Source: Mustelus asterias (lineage: Eukaryota). From it: a stretch of 64,000 bases of DNA. Shown one piece after another: positions 1 through 11,365 of this stretch; within the stretch, counting starts at the first letter, position 1, and every line of letters starts with the position of its first letter. The notes beneath the pieces were generated by a model that saw nothing but the letters and a program-made list of their open reading frames with translations, did not search any database and was not told the origin of the DNA. The DNA is taken from assembly GCF_964213995.1 (NCBI RefSeq), contig NC_135804.1:97960001-98024000 (forward strand), read 5' to 3'. The position numbers and the translations under genes are program-made.

Positions 1-876
1 GGGAACTGCCTGCGGCCAGCATTTGTTGCCCATCCTAACTATTGTTAAACTAAGTGGCTTGTGAGGTCTTTTCAGTGGACAGTTACGAGTCAACCATAAT
101 GTCGTGGCTCTAAAGTCACTCGTAAACCAGACAGAATAAAGATAGAATCATAGAATCATACAACGCAGGAGCGGTCCTTCGGCCCATCAAATCCATACTA
201 ACACATTACAAACACCTGAACTCCCACCTAATCCCATCTGCTCGCACTTGGCCTATAGCTCTGAATGTTATGAGGTGCCAAGTGCTCATCCAGGCACTTT
301 TTAAAGGATGTGAGGCAACCTGCCTCCACCACCTTCTCAGGCAGCGCATTCTAGACCATCACCACCCTCTGGGTAAAAATGTTTTTCCTCACAACCCCCC
401 TAAATCACGTGCCTCTCAACTTGAACCTATGTCGCCTCATAACTGACCCTTCAACTAAGGGGAATAGCTGCTTCTTATCCACTCCGTCCATGTCTCTCAC
501 AATCTTGAATATCTCGATCAGGTCAGCCCTCAGTCTTCTTTGCTCCAACGAAAGCTACCCAAGCCTATTCAACCTCTCTTCATAACTTAAATGTTCCATC
601 CCAGGCAGCATCCTGGCAAATCTCCTTTGCACCACCTCCAGTGCAATCACATCCTTCCGATAATGTGGCGACCAGAACTGCACACAGTACTCTGGCTTTG
701 GCCTCACCAAAGTTCCATACAATTCCAACATGACTTCCCTGCTTTTGTAATCTATGTCACAATTGATAAAGGCAAGCATCCTATATGCCTTTTTCACCAC
801 CCTACGAACATGCCCTTCCGCTTTCAGAGATCTGTGGACAAACACGCCAATGTCCCTCTCTTCCACAGAATTTCCT

Positions 877-1155
877 GGGCAGCACGGTAGCACAGTGGTT
901 AGCACTGCTGCCTCACATTGCCAGGGACCTGGGTTTGATTCCCGGCTTGGGTCACTATCTGTGCGGAGTTTGCATGTTCTCCCTGGTGTTTGTGTGAGTT
1001 TCCTCTGGGTGCTCTGGCTTCCTCCACAGTCTGAAAGATGTGCTGGTTAGGTGCATTGTCTTGAACAGGCAGCAGAATGTGGCGACTAGGGGAATTTCAT
1101 TGTAACTTCATTGCAGTGTTAGTGTAAGCCTTACTTGTGATTAATAAATAAATAA
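877..1155 (+). mobile_element. tRNA-derived SINE, HE1-type head with alternative (Rex1-like) tail
   Basis: GGGCAGCACGGTAGCACAGTGGTTAGC (A box), GGGTTTGATTCCC (B box), HE1-type body, and tail ...TACTTGTGATTAATAAATAAATA. Confidence 0.88.
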
Positions 1156-1289
1156 GCTTCAACTTTTTCCTAGTGTCCTACCATTCATTGAGTACTTGTC
1201 AAATTACTCCTTCTAAAGTGTATCACCTCACACTTTTCAAGGTTAAATTCCATCTGCCACTCATCTGCCCATTTCACCATTGCGTCTAT

Positions 1290-2477
1290 GGGCTTGATTT
1301 TACCATTTGGAGTCTAAGGGCCGGAGCTGGGCGTAATGCAGATCCGAGCCCGGAATCCTCTTTGCAGCGCACCCATATGCTTTTTGCCGGCTCCGGTCCG
1401 ATCCGCGCAGTTGGCGGGGCTTAGCGCTGCCGGAACGATCGGAGCTCTGAACTGCGCATGCGCAGTTTGAAAAAAATCCGAAGCAGCGCGTCCGGGCGTG
1501 AAAGAAAAGAACAGCAGAGAGGGGGGGAGGATTGGGGGGAGGATGGACTTGGGAGAATCTTGCAAACTGAAAATAATGTAGCATCCTCTTTGTGCTGCCT
1601 AATTATCTATGGGAAAGGTAATTAAACTACAGCGTCCTAGTGAGCAATTAGTGACCTGTATAATACATTTGTGATCTGTAACTGGATCGTTGATGTCCCT
1701 GTAGCCCTGAGCCAGGTGGTCAAATGTTCAGAGTCATGTGGTGAACTTGGAAGAATTGTCCCCGTGGTGGAACTTGGTTGGAAATAAGATTCAAGGAGAT
1801 GACTAAATCTGGGAAATCAACCATAGTGAAAAGAAGTTTGTATTGGCAACTCTTCTCTCACATTCCATGGCAGATGTGCCCTTACTTATGAATGTGATTT
1901 GCATGGGCAACGTTGGGTGCAGCTAATCTGCCTCTGGAGCAGCCTTGGATCCTTTCTTTCATCCTGTTTTCATCTGAGCATTGCACAGAATTAGAGGAAT
2001 TCCCTTTGGAAGATAATGTCAAAATTATAATCGCAGGAACTAAAAACCTGACAGTCAAACATTTGGGAAAACATTTCAAAATATATATCCCCCCATCCAT
2101 GGGTGGTTAGCGGGGGGGGTCTGTGAAGGATGGTCGAGGAGGATGGTGACTTCACAAGGGCAGAGAGGGCTTCGGAGATTCCCCTGCAGAATAGAAATCC
2201 GCTTCGGATTTTTATTTAACAGGTCGCTAAAAGCGCGGATCCGGAACGGGCCAGAAGACGGTAAAGTGGGATTTGGCGGTAGAGTTGGGCGCGCGGTTCA
2301 TTAAGTCAATTTAAATGCATGCTAATACATTTAAATCGTCTGGCCGCCCGATTCGGGTGCGGACTGGACCCGCGCCCGAATCGGGTATCGGGATAGCCGC
2401 GATCTGCTCGGATTCGGGTGCAGATTGCGGTATAGGCCCGACGCCCAACTTTACTGTGATTAGGTAAAATTGGGCCC
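1290..2477. mobile_element. Non-autonomous TIR DNA transposon (PIF/Harbinger-like), 15-bp imperfect TIRs, 3-bp TSD TAT
   Basis: Termini GGGCTTGATTTTACC ... GGTAAAATTGGGCCC, flanked by TAT at 1287-1289 and 2478-2480. It splits a CR1 RT sequence cleanly. Confidence 0.85.
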
Positions 2478-4314
2478 TATATCTCCCTGTAGCCCAAGAC
2501 ACTCTGCCTCACTATTAACCACCCGTCTAATCTTTGTGTCATCCGTAAACATACTAATCCTACCTCCCACATCATCATCAATGTCATTTATATAAATGAT
2601 GAATAATAGGGGGCCCAACACAGATCCCTGTGGTACTGCATTGGACTCTGGCTTCCAGTTACTAAAACAGTCTTCTGTCATCTCCCTCTGTCTCCTACAA
2701 CTGAGCCAATTTTGAATCCACTTTATCAAATTACCCTGTGTCCCATATGAGTTTACCTTCTTTATAAGTCTCCCAGTTGGAACCTTGTCAAAGGTTTTGC
2801 TCAAATCCACATAAACTGCATTGACTGCACTACCCTCATCTACACAACTGGTCACCTCCTCAAAAAATTCAATCAAATTTGTTAGGCATGACCTCCCTCT
2901 GACAAAACCATGCTGACTATCCCTGATCAAGAGATAGATGCGCTCCTTCAGAAGTTTCTCTACCACTGACATGAGACTTACTGGTCTGTAGTTCCCTGGT
3001 TTATCTCTACAACCCTTCTTAAATAATATGAGAAGATAGCGAATTTCCTTTTTTAAAGCACATTAATGAATCAGATAGGTTTTATAACAATCAATAATTG
3101 TTGCGTGGTCCTTAGTTCTCAGGCTAGCTTCGTATTCCAGATTTATTAATTGAATTTCAAATTCCACTAGCTGCCACGGTGGGACTTGAACCTGTGTCAC
3201 CAGAGCATTAGGCTGGACCACTAGTCCAGTGACATTACCCCTATGCCACTCTCACTTCTTTGTTGAACAAAGCAAGAACCAATAAACAGATGAACAATCA
3301 GTTTTTGGTGGTGGCTGGTAATGGAAGAAGGTTAGTCAGCACAACAGATAATTATACCTCAAATAAAGGCATGGATCTTTTATGTCCAACTCATTCTTAT
3401 CAAAGTAATAAATTACATCCTATGTGATTGTGACAAGGGGTAGAATTTTCTGCCGGGACTTCCCGGGGAGTGTTTCCCTCTGTGGAGGCAGCTGGGAATT
3501 TGCGTGAGCCTAGCTTGTTAAATATGCACTGGGGGGTTTTGCAATGTTTTGCTGGATGACTCACAACCCGCCATCATATCAGGGCGCTAGTTTTAAAACC
3601 TGTTGGATATAATTGACCACAGTTGAAGAAAGAAGCTGGATTTCCAGGAAAACTCTGAGGCTGGAAGATGGACCTCCTCAAAGACACCGAACCTGGAAGA
3701 TCCACATAATAGGTGCTCCCCTCATCCACTGCTGCATGTTCCAGGGTCATTGGTTGCTGGAGGCCTATGTCCCAAACTCCAGAGGCAGCCCCAGATCTTC
3801 TTCATGTAAAAGCACATCATGTTGTCCAGACATATTGTGGATCAACTGGATCGATATGATTTCCTGCTTGTGGCCCAGATTCCATTCGGGTTTTTATCTA
3901 CATCCCGTTAGTGGGATGTAAATTGGTTTCAAGCCGGCCTCTGGTGTGAATTGTGACTCGCCATGGCAGGCAGTAGCAGAAGATCCTGCTGTCATTTTAC
4001 ATCAGCATGAAACCAATTATTGGAGCTTCCACTGCTCTAATCTGTCTTCATCCTTATCTACCTAATTGCATCCAGACTATCATATCTTTTCCTGCTCTCA
4101 CATGGCTACCTCTGCTGTTGCCACATGGATCCCCCTGGTTGTCCTCATCTATATATGCTATCCCTTGGCAACATAATTTGAAAACACAATATTAGTTTTC
4201 ACAAGTAGGCTGAAAACACTAAGCTCTACCTCACCATGACTTCTTTTGGCTTCTCCACTGTTGCTAAGTTGACCCTGGACTTGATGGATATCCAGTGTTT
4301 ATTTATTTGCTTGT

Positions 4315-4530
4315 TTATTTATTCATCCATGGCCTGTAGTGTCATTGACTTGGCCAGCATTTGTTGCCCAATCCTAATTGCCCTTGAGAAGGTAATGGTG
4401 AGATGCACCACGCACGTTTGCTACAGTGCTGTTACAGAGGGTGTTCCAGAATTTTGACCTAGTGATGGTGAAGGAACAGCGATATACTTCCAAATGAAAA
4501 TGGTGGTGTGTGGCTTAGAGGGGAACTTAC
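4315..4530 (-). mobile_element. 3' fragment of a second CR1-clade LINE family (related pieces near 1-135, 3030-3250, 34620-34790, 35820-36250, 37430-37760)
   Basis: Shares GGCCAGCATTT.TTGCCCATCCCTAATTGCCCTTGAGAAGGTGGTG with the RT-bearing copy at 13860-14520. Confidence 0.65.
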
Positions 4531-6639
4531 CCCTAAGACCCCTTCCCACAAAGCCCTGACCTCCCCCACCGAAGCCCTCCAAACCCCAAATCCCCTGAAC
4601 TCCTCCGAACCTTGCCCCACCCCTAATTCTCCCCCCCCCTCCCCAACCTAACCTCATCCCACCCACTGGCCTGTCAGCTCCTCTGGGCTCTCTACCTGCT
4701 TTACAGCAGACAGTGTAGTAAAAAAAGGGGCACGGGTCTCCCTGAGCTCACTGTTGTTGCACTGCGCTGTGGTCTGTGAGTACACTTTCGCTGCAGCTCC
4801 AGCTCAGCACAGCTTTCAGCAAAGGTTTCTGGAGCAGGTCGGTTCACTTTAAACTCTTCATATTCCAGCGCACCGTGACGTTATGCTGCTGGCTGGAAGT
4901 TATGGCCTAATATTTCTTTAAGCTCTTGTTTTTTGTCGATGATTTTGTTCGGAGGGTGTTCAGGCTCCACCCTCCAACTGGCCATAGAGGAACCCTTAAC
5001 ATAACTGGGTCCCAGTCTGGCTTCCAGGCATTTCAACAGGCTCCTGTCATAATTACAACAGGAATATCCGTAGTTTTATGAGGCCTTTGGGTTCAAGTCT
5101 TGAATCTCCACTGCTGACTCAGAGCTGAGAATATTACCAATTAAGTGATGCTGATAGAAGAGAAGAAAGTCCAGTGATGCACTGGTTATGGAAACATCAC
5201 TAAAACACAGTGAAATATCAACGATGAGCAAATGATAACTATTAGATGACTGGCTCTAGTTTTCTGTTTAAAAGTGTAAGCAAGATGCAAGAAAAGCCTA
5301 CTCAGATATGGAAATAGAATGTATGCGTTGGACAGGTTTGGGTAATTTAAAGAATTGACAAGTTTTCTTTTGTACAAAGTAAACGTTTGACAATTAAAAA
5401 GATGTTTGCGCAGCATCGATAATGTAAATGTTTTCACTTTTAATCAATGGACACAAATCCTGAAATGTGAGGGTTTGTATCTTTTAGGATAATTCTTATG
5501 TCTGAATATTATAAGCCAGTTTCTGCAGGCTGTCTTTCTAATAAATGTTACATTCAAAATGAATAACGTAACATATGGTTATGAATGCTGTCGACAGACA
5601 AAACAGTTGTTGCTATAGCAGGCGATCCTTCTTACAAATCAACTTTGCAATATGCAATATAAAGTAGAGAGGTGTGAAGGGGTGACAGTTACCAATATCA
5701 GCTTGACACTGTACCACAGCCATCTGTCTCAATACTACAAATCATTGCTGCCTCAAAATGATGGCTAGAAATTGCACGTTTCAAGAATTCAGCGTGCTCT
5801 TTGTCAAACATAACACTGAGATCAGCCAAAATTATTCCTTCTTTTAATTTATTTTGGTGAATTATGTGCTCGCCAAGATGAGGGATGCATTGTTGGCATG
5901 CTGCATTTCAAATACCGAATGTTAAGCCCTCAGCCTGGATACACTATGGTTAAATCCATATTAAGGCTCCTTCCAAAAGGCCCTATCAAATGCTCATAAA
6001 TGAGCTACAGTATGGATTAAATCTCTCTGTACTCTGCCCCGATGATATTCCTCAAAGCCAACCTCAGAAGAGCACCTAACCTAACCTGCATTCTTCAATT
6101 CCAACATGTACTATTCTGTGATCTCTGTGAAATCAAACTGCAGTTCAATGACAAACCAGGGGAACTTTGTACTGTGAGGCTGTGCCATCAGGAACTGGAT
6201 TAAGACAGCTCAAACCAGATTGGGATTCATGACACATGACTCTACATCATACTGTGGGTGGATCTGCTCTCATTAACTCTTGCTCTGCCAAGCATCTTTA
6301 CATTACATTGCAGGCACTCATAACAGGGTGTTTGGATTATTTACATTTTAAATAGTAAGAACGGATGACAGGGCTGGATGCAGGTCCCTGTGTCGAGCGT
6401 TGTTATAGGGCAGAATTTTACATTATCTCACTGACTGGTTTATAGGTAAGAGATGGCCATAAACTTCTTCAGGTGGCCTTCCCATTGATTGCGTTTTGAC
6501 ATCGTCAGAGGCATTTGGGATATGATCAGAGGCATCCATCTTGGACTGTAAGCAAGCCACACCTATCTACTAAAGCTCTACTAACTGGTTAACTAACCCA
6601 CCATGTGGTAACCTTTTTATTCTTTTATCCTTGCTGTTA

Positions 6640-6746
6640 AAGGTGCCGGATTGTGGCGACTAGGGAATTTCACAGTAACTTTCATTGCAGTGTTAATGTA
6701 AGCCTTACTTGTGACTAATAAATAAACTTTACTTTACTTTACTTTA
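6640..6746 (+). mobile_element. SINE 3' tail only (Rex1-like tail type)
   Basis: TGTGGCGACTAGGGAATTTCACAGTAAC...TACTTGTGACTAATAAATAAAC(TTTAC)n, matching the tail of 877-1155. Confidence 0.75.
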
Positions 6747-7049
6747 AAGTGAGCTGAAATAGATTCTGTATACTTTAATGAGATCTCAAGCTATAGTTGA
6801 GTGGCTGAAGCTGTCACCACTCCAACATGTGGTGTGCGGTGGCAGTGGTGGGGGTTTGGGTCAATCATCACATGCACTAAACATGGGACATCCGTGTGGT
6901 GGTCAGAACTCTGTAACATGCGTCATGGGGCCCTGAGAGGCAGTCGTAGGCAATGATTTGACAAAGAGCACTCCTTAGCAGACAAATGGTGACCGTTGTG
7001 TGTCTCTCTTTAACACTGTAGTGAGAAGACTGTGAGGAAGATGGAGACT

Positions 7050-7420
7050 GGTGTCTCAGTGTAGCTGAGACACGATATAATGAGGCTCATTCTGCAACTC
7101 ATATTTTGGTTGAGCAAACCAAAGGGAATGCTGAAGATGGGGTCTTAGTATTTGGGCCAGTCTGGTGGAGCCCTGCAATACAATCCACAGAGAGCGTCAT
7201 GCACCCTTGTTGCCTGCTGTACCCTACACAACCTGGCACTGCAATGGGGGAGGAACTACCTGAGGGGGAGATGGAGGAAAGGCACATCCCCTCCAATGAG
7301 GAGGATGCCGATGAGATGAAGGTGAGGAGATCCTCAAATGCAAGGATGATGGTTGTGAAGCCATGAGGCTAGATGAGGCAGGCACACTGTGAATGCCGTC
7401 ATAGCAACTAGATTAATGGA
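7050..7420 (+). pseudogene. Harbinger DDE transposase (HARBI1-like) C-terminal remnant
   Basis: Manual translation across a frameshift and a stop: ETRYNEAHSATHILVEQTKG/MLKMGS*YLGQSGGALQYNPQRASCTLVACCTLHNLA, then an acidic tail. Matches the family motif YN.AH...R..IE...G.LK.RF..L...GG.LQY.P......ACC.LHN. Confidence 0.85.
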
Positions 7421-8129
7421 GGATGATGACAACATGCAGTGAGGACACTCCTTGTATCCTCACATGGCATTTGTGAGCGTTTGACTCATGTTTGGCTGAA
7501 GGCAGTGCACATACCCTCCGTGATCAGCTTCCTGTCATTGGGATGCAGTGGGTGCCTATAGTCCCTACATTCCAGGAGGATGATGATGACTTGCAGTGGG
7601 GACTGTCCATGGATCCTCATAGAGCTTCTGTGAATGGCTGACTTCTGTCTGGCTGATGGCTCACTGACCAGGGCCATACCATGGAGATGCAGTGGGGCAA
7701 GTTTAATTTCTCCTGATCCTATGGTGTCCTTCACAACCAGAACCTTTCAGGACCACAGTGTCACTGGAGACAGAAGCTGATGAATTGGGGGAACCAGCTG
7801 CACAGGCCTCAGAGATGCTGAGAGCACGCAGGGAGAATGACAGAAATCTGTGACCAACCCAGAACATTCTGGCAGCAATGATAAGCTCCATCGAGGTGCA
7901 GGCATGTCTGAGGTGTTCAGTACTTGTGAAAGCACGTCATCAATGTGCTGGGAAAGTTGCACACAGCACTGGGAGGAAGCCCTGAACTGAGATACTCTTG
8001 TGCTTTCACTTAGAGAAGCACTGCTCATCAAAGAACTGTGACAGGGTGACATTAACCTCGGAATTTCATTACGCTCATTCACATTATGTACAAATGATTA
8101 ACACGCATGCTGACACTGTGTAACTAAAG

Positions 8130-8400
8130 TTTAAAGTTTATTTATTTGTCACAATTAAGACTTACAGTAAGTTACTGTGAAATTCCCCCAGTCGTCACAC
8201 TCCGGCACCTGTTTGGGTCAATGCATCTAATCAGCACATCTTTCAGATTGTGGGAGGAAACCTGAGCACCCGGAGGAAACCCACGCCGACACGGGGAGAA
8301 CGTGCAAACTCCACACTGAAGTGACCCAAGCCGGGAATGGAACCCGGGTCCCTGACGCTACAAAGTAGCAGTGCTAACCATTGTGCCACCGTGCCGCCCC
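8130..8400 (-). mobile_element. tRNA-derived SINE, HE1-type head with Rex1-like tail
   Basis: Reverse complement of the 877-1155 type; head GGGGCGGCACGGTGGCAC ends at about 8400. Confidence 0.85.
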
Positions 8401-9937
8401 TACACCTCCTTAACCTTTCTAATCCTGCAGCTACATCTTGGTGCATCCCCGACATCCACAGCAGAGGTCGAGGCAGCCTCCTGTCTACCACGCTCTGTTG
8501 TCTGGTGTCCTCTGGAGGACTGAGACTTGGCGAGCCGCAACCTGCTTCCAGGGACTTGCTGTGTGGCAGTGCCACTCTCCTTGGATTGTGGAGCTGGAGC
8601 TGAAGGGATCACAGGAAGAGGGGATTTGGATGGGTGGAACACTCCCGGAGTCACCTGGGTGGATGGCACTAGGGTGTGCACCAGCTGCTCCTCCTCCCTA
8701 TATGTGCTCGAGGGCCCCTGGCTGCTGCCTTGAGAGGGAGAGAGAGCTGGAGTGAGTTTGAGATGCCCGTCCTCCTCTGGCATTGACATTGATGGATGCC
8801 AGCAAATGCCTCAGTCATGGAGTGCAGTTCCTGCAGCAGTTCAGGACAGATGTCCTGGATCAATGTCTCCATGGCAGCCACCATTCTACCAATGTTGACC
8901 TCAGTGCATTGACATATCAGGGTTATCACCTCAGTCTCCTCCATCTTGCCTTGCAATCTGAAGAATGCGGCAGACATCCTTTCCCAATGTTCCTGAGTTT
9001 GTCTTTGCAGCTCCAGCAAATGAGACCTGAACGAATCCAGAGACCCTTCATCTGACATGGAATCAATAGATCCCTGAATGCCAGCACCCTGAGATGTCCT
9101 AAGCCTCACAGAGGTGTGTGTCTCTGCACTGCTGGGGGTGTGGGAGAGCGCTCTGATGGGGCAACAATGCTGGTGTCTGTCGATTCCTTACCTGTGCTCC
9201 TCTCAGGGCTGGCATCCAGGACCTGGCTCATGGACCCCCCTCACCTAATGTGTCTGCAAAAGAAAGACCATTTGTGCATGGCAAGGGCCTGTGAAACAGG
9301 AGGTATCGCTCACAGCGTTGTTGTCTGATGTATGTTGCAGTGCAGAATTCTCACTTGGATGAATGCTATCGACCTCACTGTCAAAGCATAAACATTGCAC
9401 ATCCTCACCAGCCAGCTGAATTGTTCCATCTTCAAAGTTTTTCAGGACCTTGAGTTCCACCATTCCTCCACCTTCCCTATTTGTTGTATGCAAGCTTATC
9501 CTGCATGAAAACAGATGGACAGAGTGTAAGCAGGATGCCTGCCAGGCCAGATGAAAAGGTTGCCTGGCATGTATGGGTGGTGAGTGGGGCCATGGATGGG
9601 TGGAGATCAGGCAAGATGAAGATGCGTGTGATGAATGCATGGTGGTGTTCTTGAACTGGCAATGAGTGGGATCCCTGTTGATGTGTAATGGGTGTGTGAG
9701 TTGAGAGTGATGAGACTTACCCTGGAGATCTTTCATCCTTTTTCATGACTCTCCTCTTTAGGCGGGTATTGACACTGACCACACCGCCACCGCCTCCCAT
9801 ACTGGATTGGTGTCCTTGCTTGATGGCTTTTGCCCAGAGCGGGGATAAATGACACCACAGTAAGAGTGCACTGCATCTCGTAGGTACTTGAGGGAGGCGT
9901 CACTAAATTTAGCGGCAGCATGTTACTTGGCAGTCAT
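8401..9937 (-). pseudogene. Harbinger Myb/SANT-like DNA-binding protein gene, three exons, degenerate
   Basis: Exon 1, 9937-9721: MTAK*HAAAKFSDASLKYLRDAV...IYPRSGQKP...NPVWEAVA...RMKDL, donor GTAAG. Exon 2, 9500-9355: DKLAYNK/REGGGMVELKVL..FED..IQLAGED. Exon 3 starts at 9253 after a TTTCTTTTGCAG acceptor and includes the coiled-coil-like ORF 8669-9109. Confidence 0.75.
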
Positions 9938-11099
9938 CAGTTCCATATGGCTTCCTATTCCTTGAGGAATATTAGCTCTGTGCAGGAGCCTTTAAATGGG
10001 GCTCCTGGATTACTAAAGCTCAAAGGTCACAGCGGGGGGCGGGGTGGGGGGGTGAATGAGAGGTCACTTCACCAGTGATCCAACATTATTGTGCCTCTAC
10101 ATTTTTTAAACAAAGTACCGCACGTTACAGCAGAGAAAAACGCCATTGGCGTCAGCGGGTCAAATGTCACTCAATCCAGCCGAAATCAGACTTTGCCAAT
10201 ATCTGGGCTGATTTAAATCTGAGTATTGGATGATTGCCAGTGCAGGGTATTTGCCCAGTAGAGGTTTGAAATTCCCTGGCAATTGCCGTGCCATCATTAC
10301 GTGGGTGAGGTATGCCCCAGTGCATCTTTGGGGTACTCCCCTCATGGGTATGACACACTGGAGATCCTAAATCATGGGCCATCATGTACATTCTGGTGCC
10401 GGTTTACAGAAAAACAAAATGGTCCCTTTGAAACTTATTCCCTGAACTCCTTCCACCTATGGACAAAAGTCCATAGGGATCTGGAACTCTGTAGCCCAGA
10501 GGCTTTCTGAATCATGTGGAAGAGGTTGTAAGATATAATTCTATTGAATTAGTGGTATAGGATGTACTTGCATTTTAAAATGAATCAGATGTGCTGTGCA
10601 TGCTGTTGTTTACAACATCATCTTCAAACATTTTCTACGAGCTCACAAAATTCTGTAAACACTTCCTGGGGGAGGATTTTCTGTGGTTGCTGCATGTAAA
10701 CACATTCTTTTTTTATTGCATGTGCGATGTCACTGTACATATCAACGAGATGGAATCTTGCCCCTGTGTCAATCATTTTAGTGAATGCATCTGTTAGAAG
10801 ATGAAACAAATCTGTCACACAATATGGAATGGAATTACAAACCGCGTTTTTCACAAATTATGAACTAAGCCTGCTACTGAACCTAAAACAAAGCTAGAAA
10901 AAGAGCCTTTAACAAAAAGAAGTGAAGCAAAAAAAAAAGTATTAAAGATCTGAGATAGAAACAGGAAACGCTGTAAGTTTACAATGGCCAGTCAATACCT
11001 AAAATGGGAAAATGCTGGGTAGGACTTTACATCAGGACTGAGTTTCAATGGAGCATAATGGGTGAAATCATGTGCTGATTGATCTGTGTGGTAATTTTA

Positions 11100-11365
11100 T
11101 TTATTATTTGTTACTGTCACAAGTAGGCTTGCATTAACACTGCAATGAAGTTACTGTGAAAATCCCCTCGTTGCCACACTCCGGTGCCTGTTCGGGTACA
11201 CTGAGGCTGGAATTTTACCGCCTTGCCCGTCCCGTTCTGGGGCGGACGGGGCTCGTAGAACGGAAATTTCCATTGGCCTCAGGGGGATTTTACGATCTCA
11301 CCTGAGCGAGGTCATAAAATCCCGCACTGGGGGAGAATTTAGCATGGCCAATGCACCCAACCAGA
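11100..11365 (-). mobile_element. 5'-truncated SINE (Rex1-like tail) interrupted by a MITE
   Basis: GTCACAAGTAGGCTTGCATTAACACTGCAATGAAGTTACTGTGAAAATCCCC...; resumes with GGGAGAATTTAGCATGGCCAATGCACC after 11327. Confidence 0.75.
11205..11327. mobile_element. ~125-bp MITE (Harbinger/Tourist-like)
   Basis: Termini GGCTGGAATTTTAC...ATAAAATCCCGCAC; flanks TGA and TGG; inserted inside a SINE. Confidence 0.7.

Larger units (their letters stand above)
142..3020 (-). mobile_element. CR1 (HER1-like) LINE, 5'-truncated, interrupted by a SINE (877-1155) and a TIR element (1290-2477)
   Basis: (ATTCTATG)n-type tail at 142-160 on the minus strand. ORF 555-905 (LVRP.PEYCVQFWSPHY) and ORF 2460-2972 (QHGFVRGRSCLTNL...VPQGSVLGP...FTDDTK) are CR1 ORF2 RT and C-terminal segments. 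The LINE reads continuously across the TAT duplication at 1287/2478. Confidence 0.92.
6840..10210. mobile_element. Degenerate autonomous-type Harbinger transposon with convergent transposase and Myb/SANT genes
   Basis: HARBI1-like fragment on + and spliced Myb/SANT-like gene on -, tail to tail. Ends are approximate and no TSD was found. Confidence 0.75.

Noticed and set aside
877-950. tRNA genes (also at 8330-8400, 12450-12515, 53650-53723, 63800-63874)
   Set aside because: These are A/B-box heads of SINEs that run into SINE body and tail, not standalone tRNAs.
3437-4908. Possible additional Harbinger-like element
   Set aside because: The termini match only weakly, and no TSD or coding motif could be verified.
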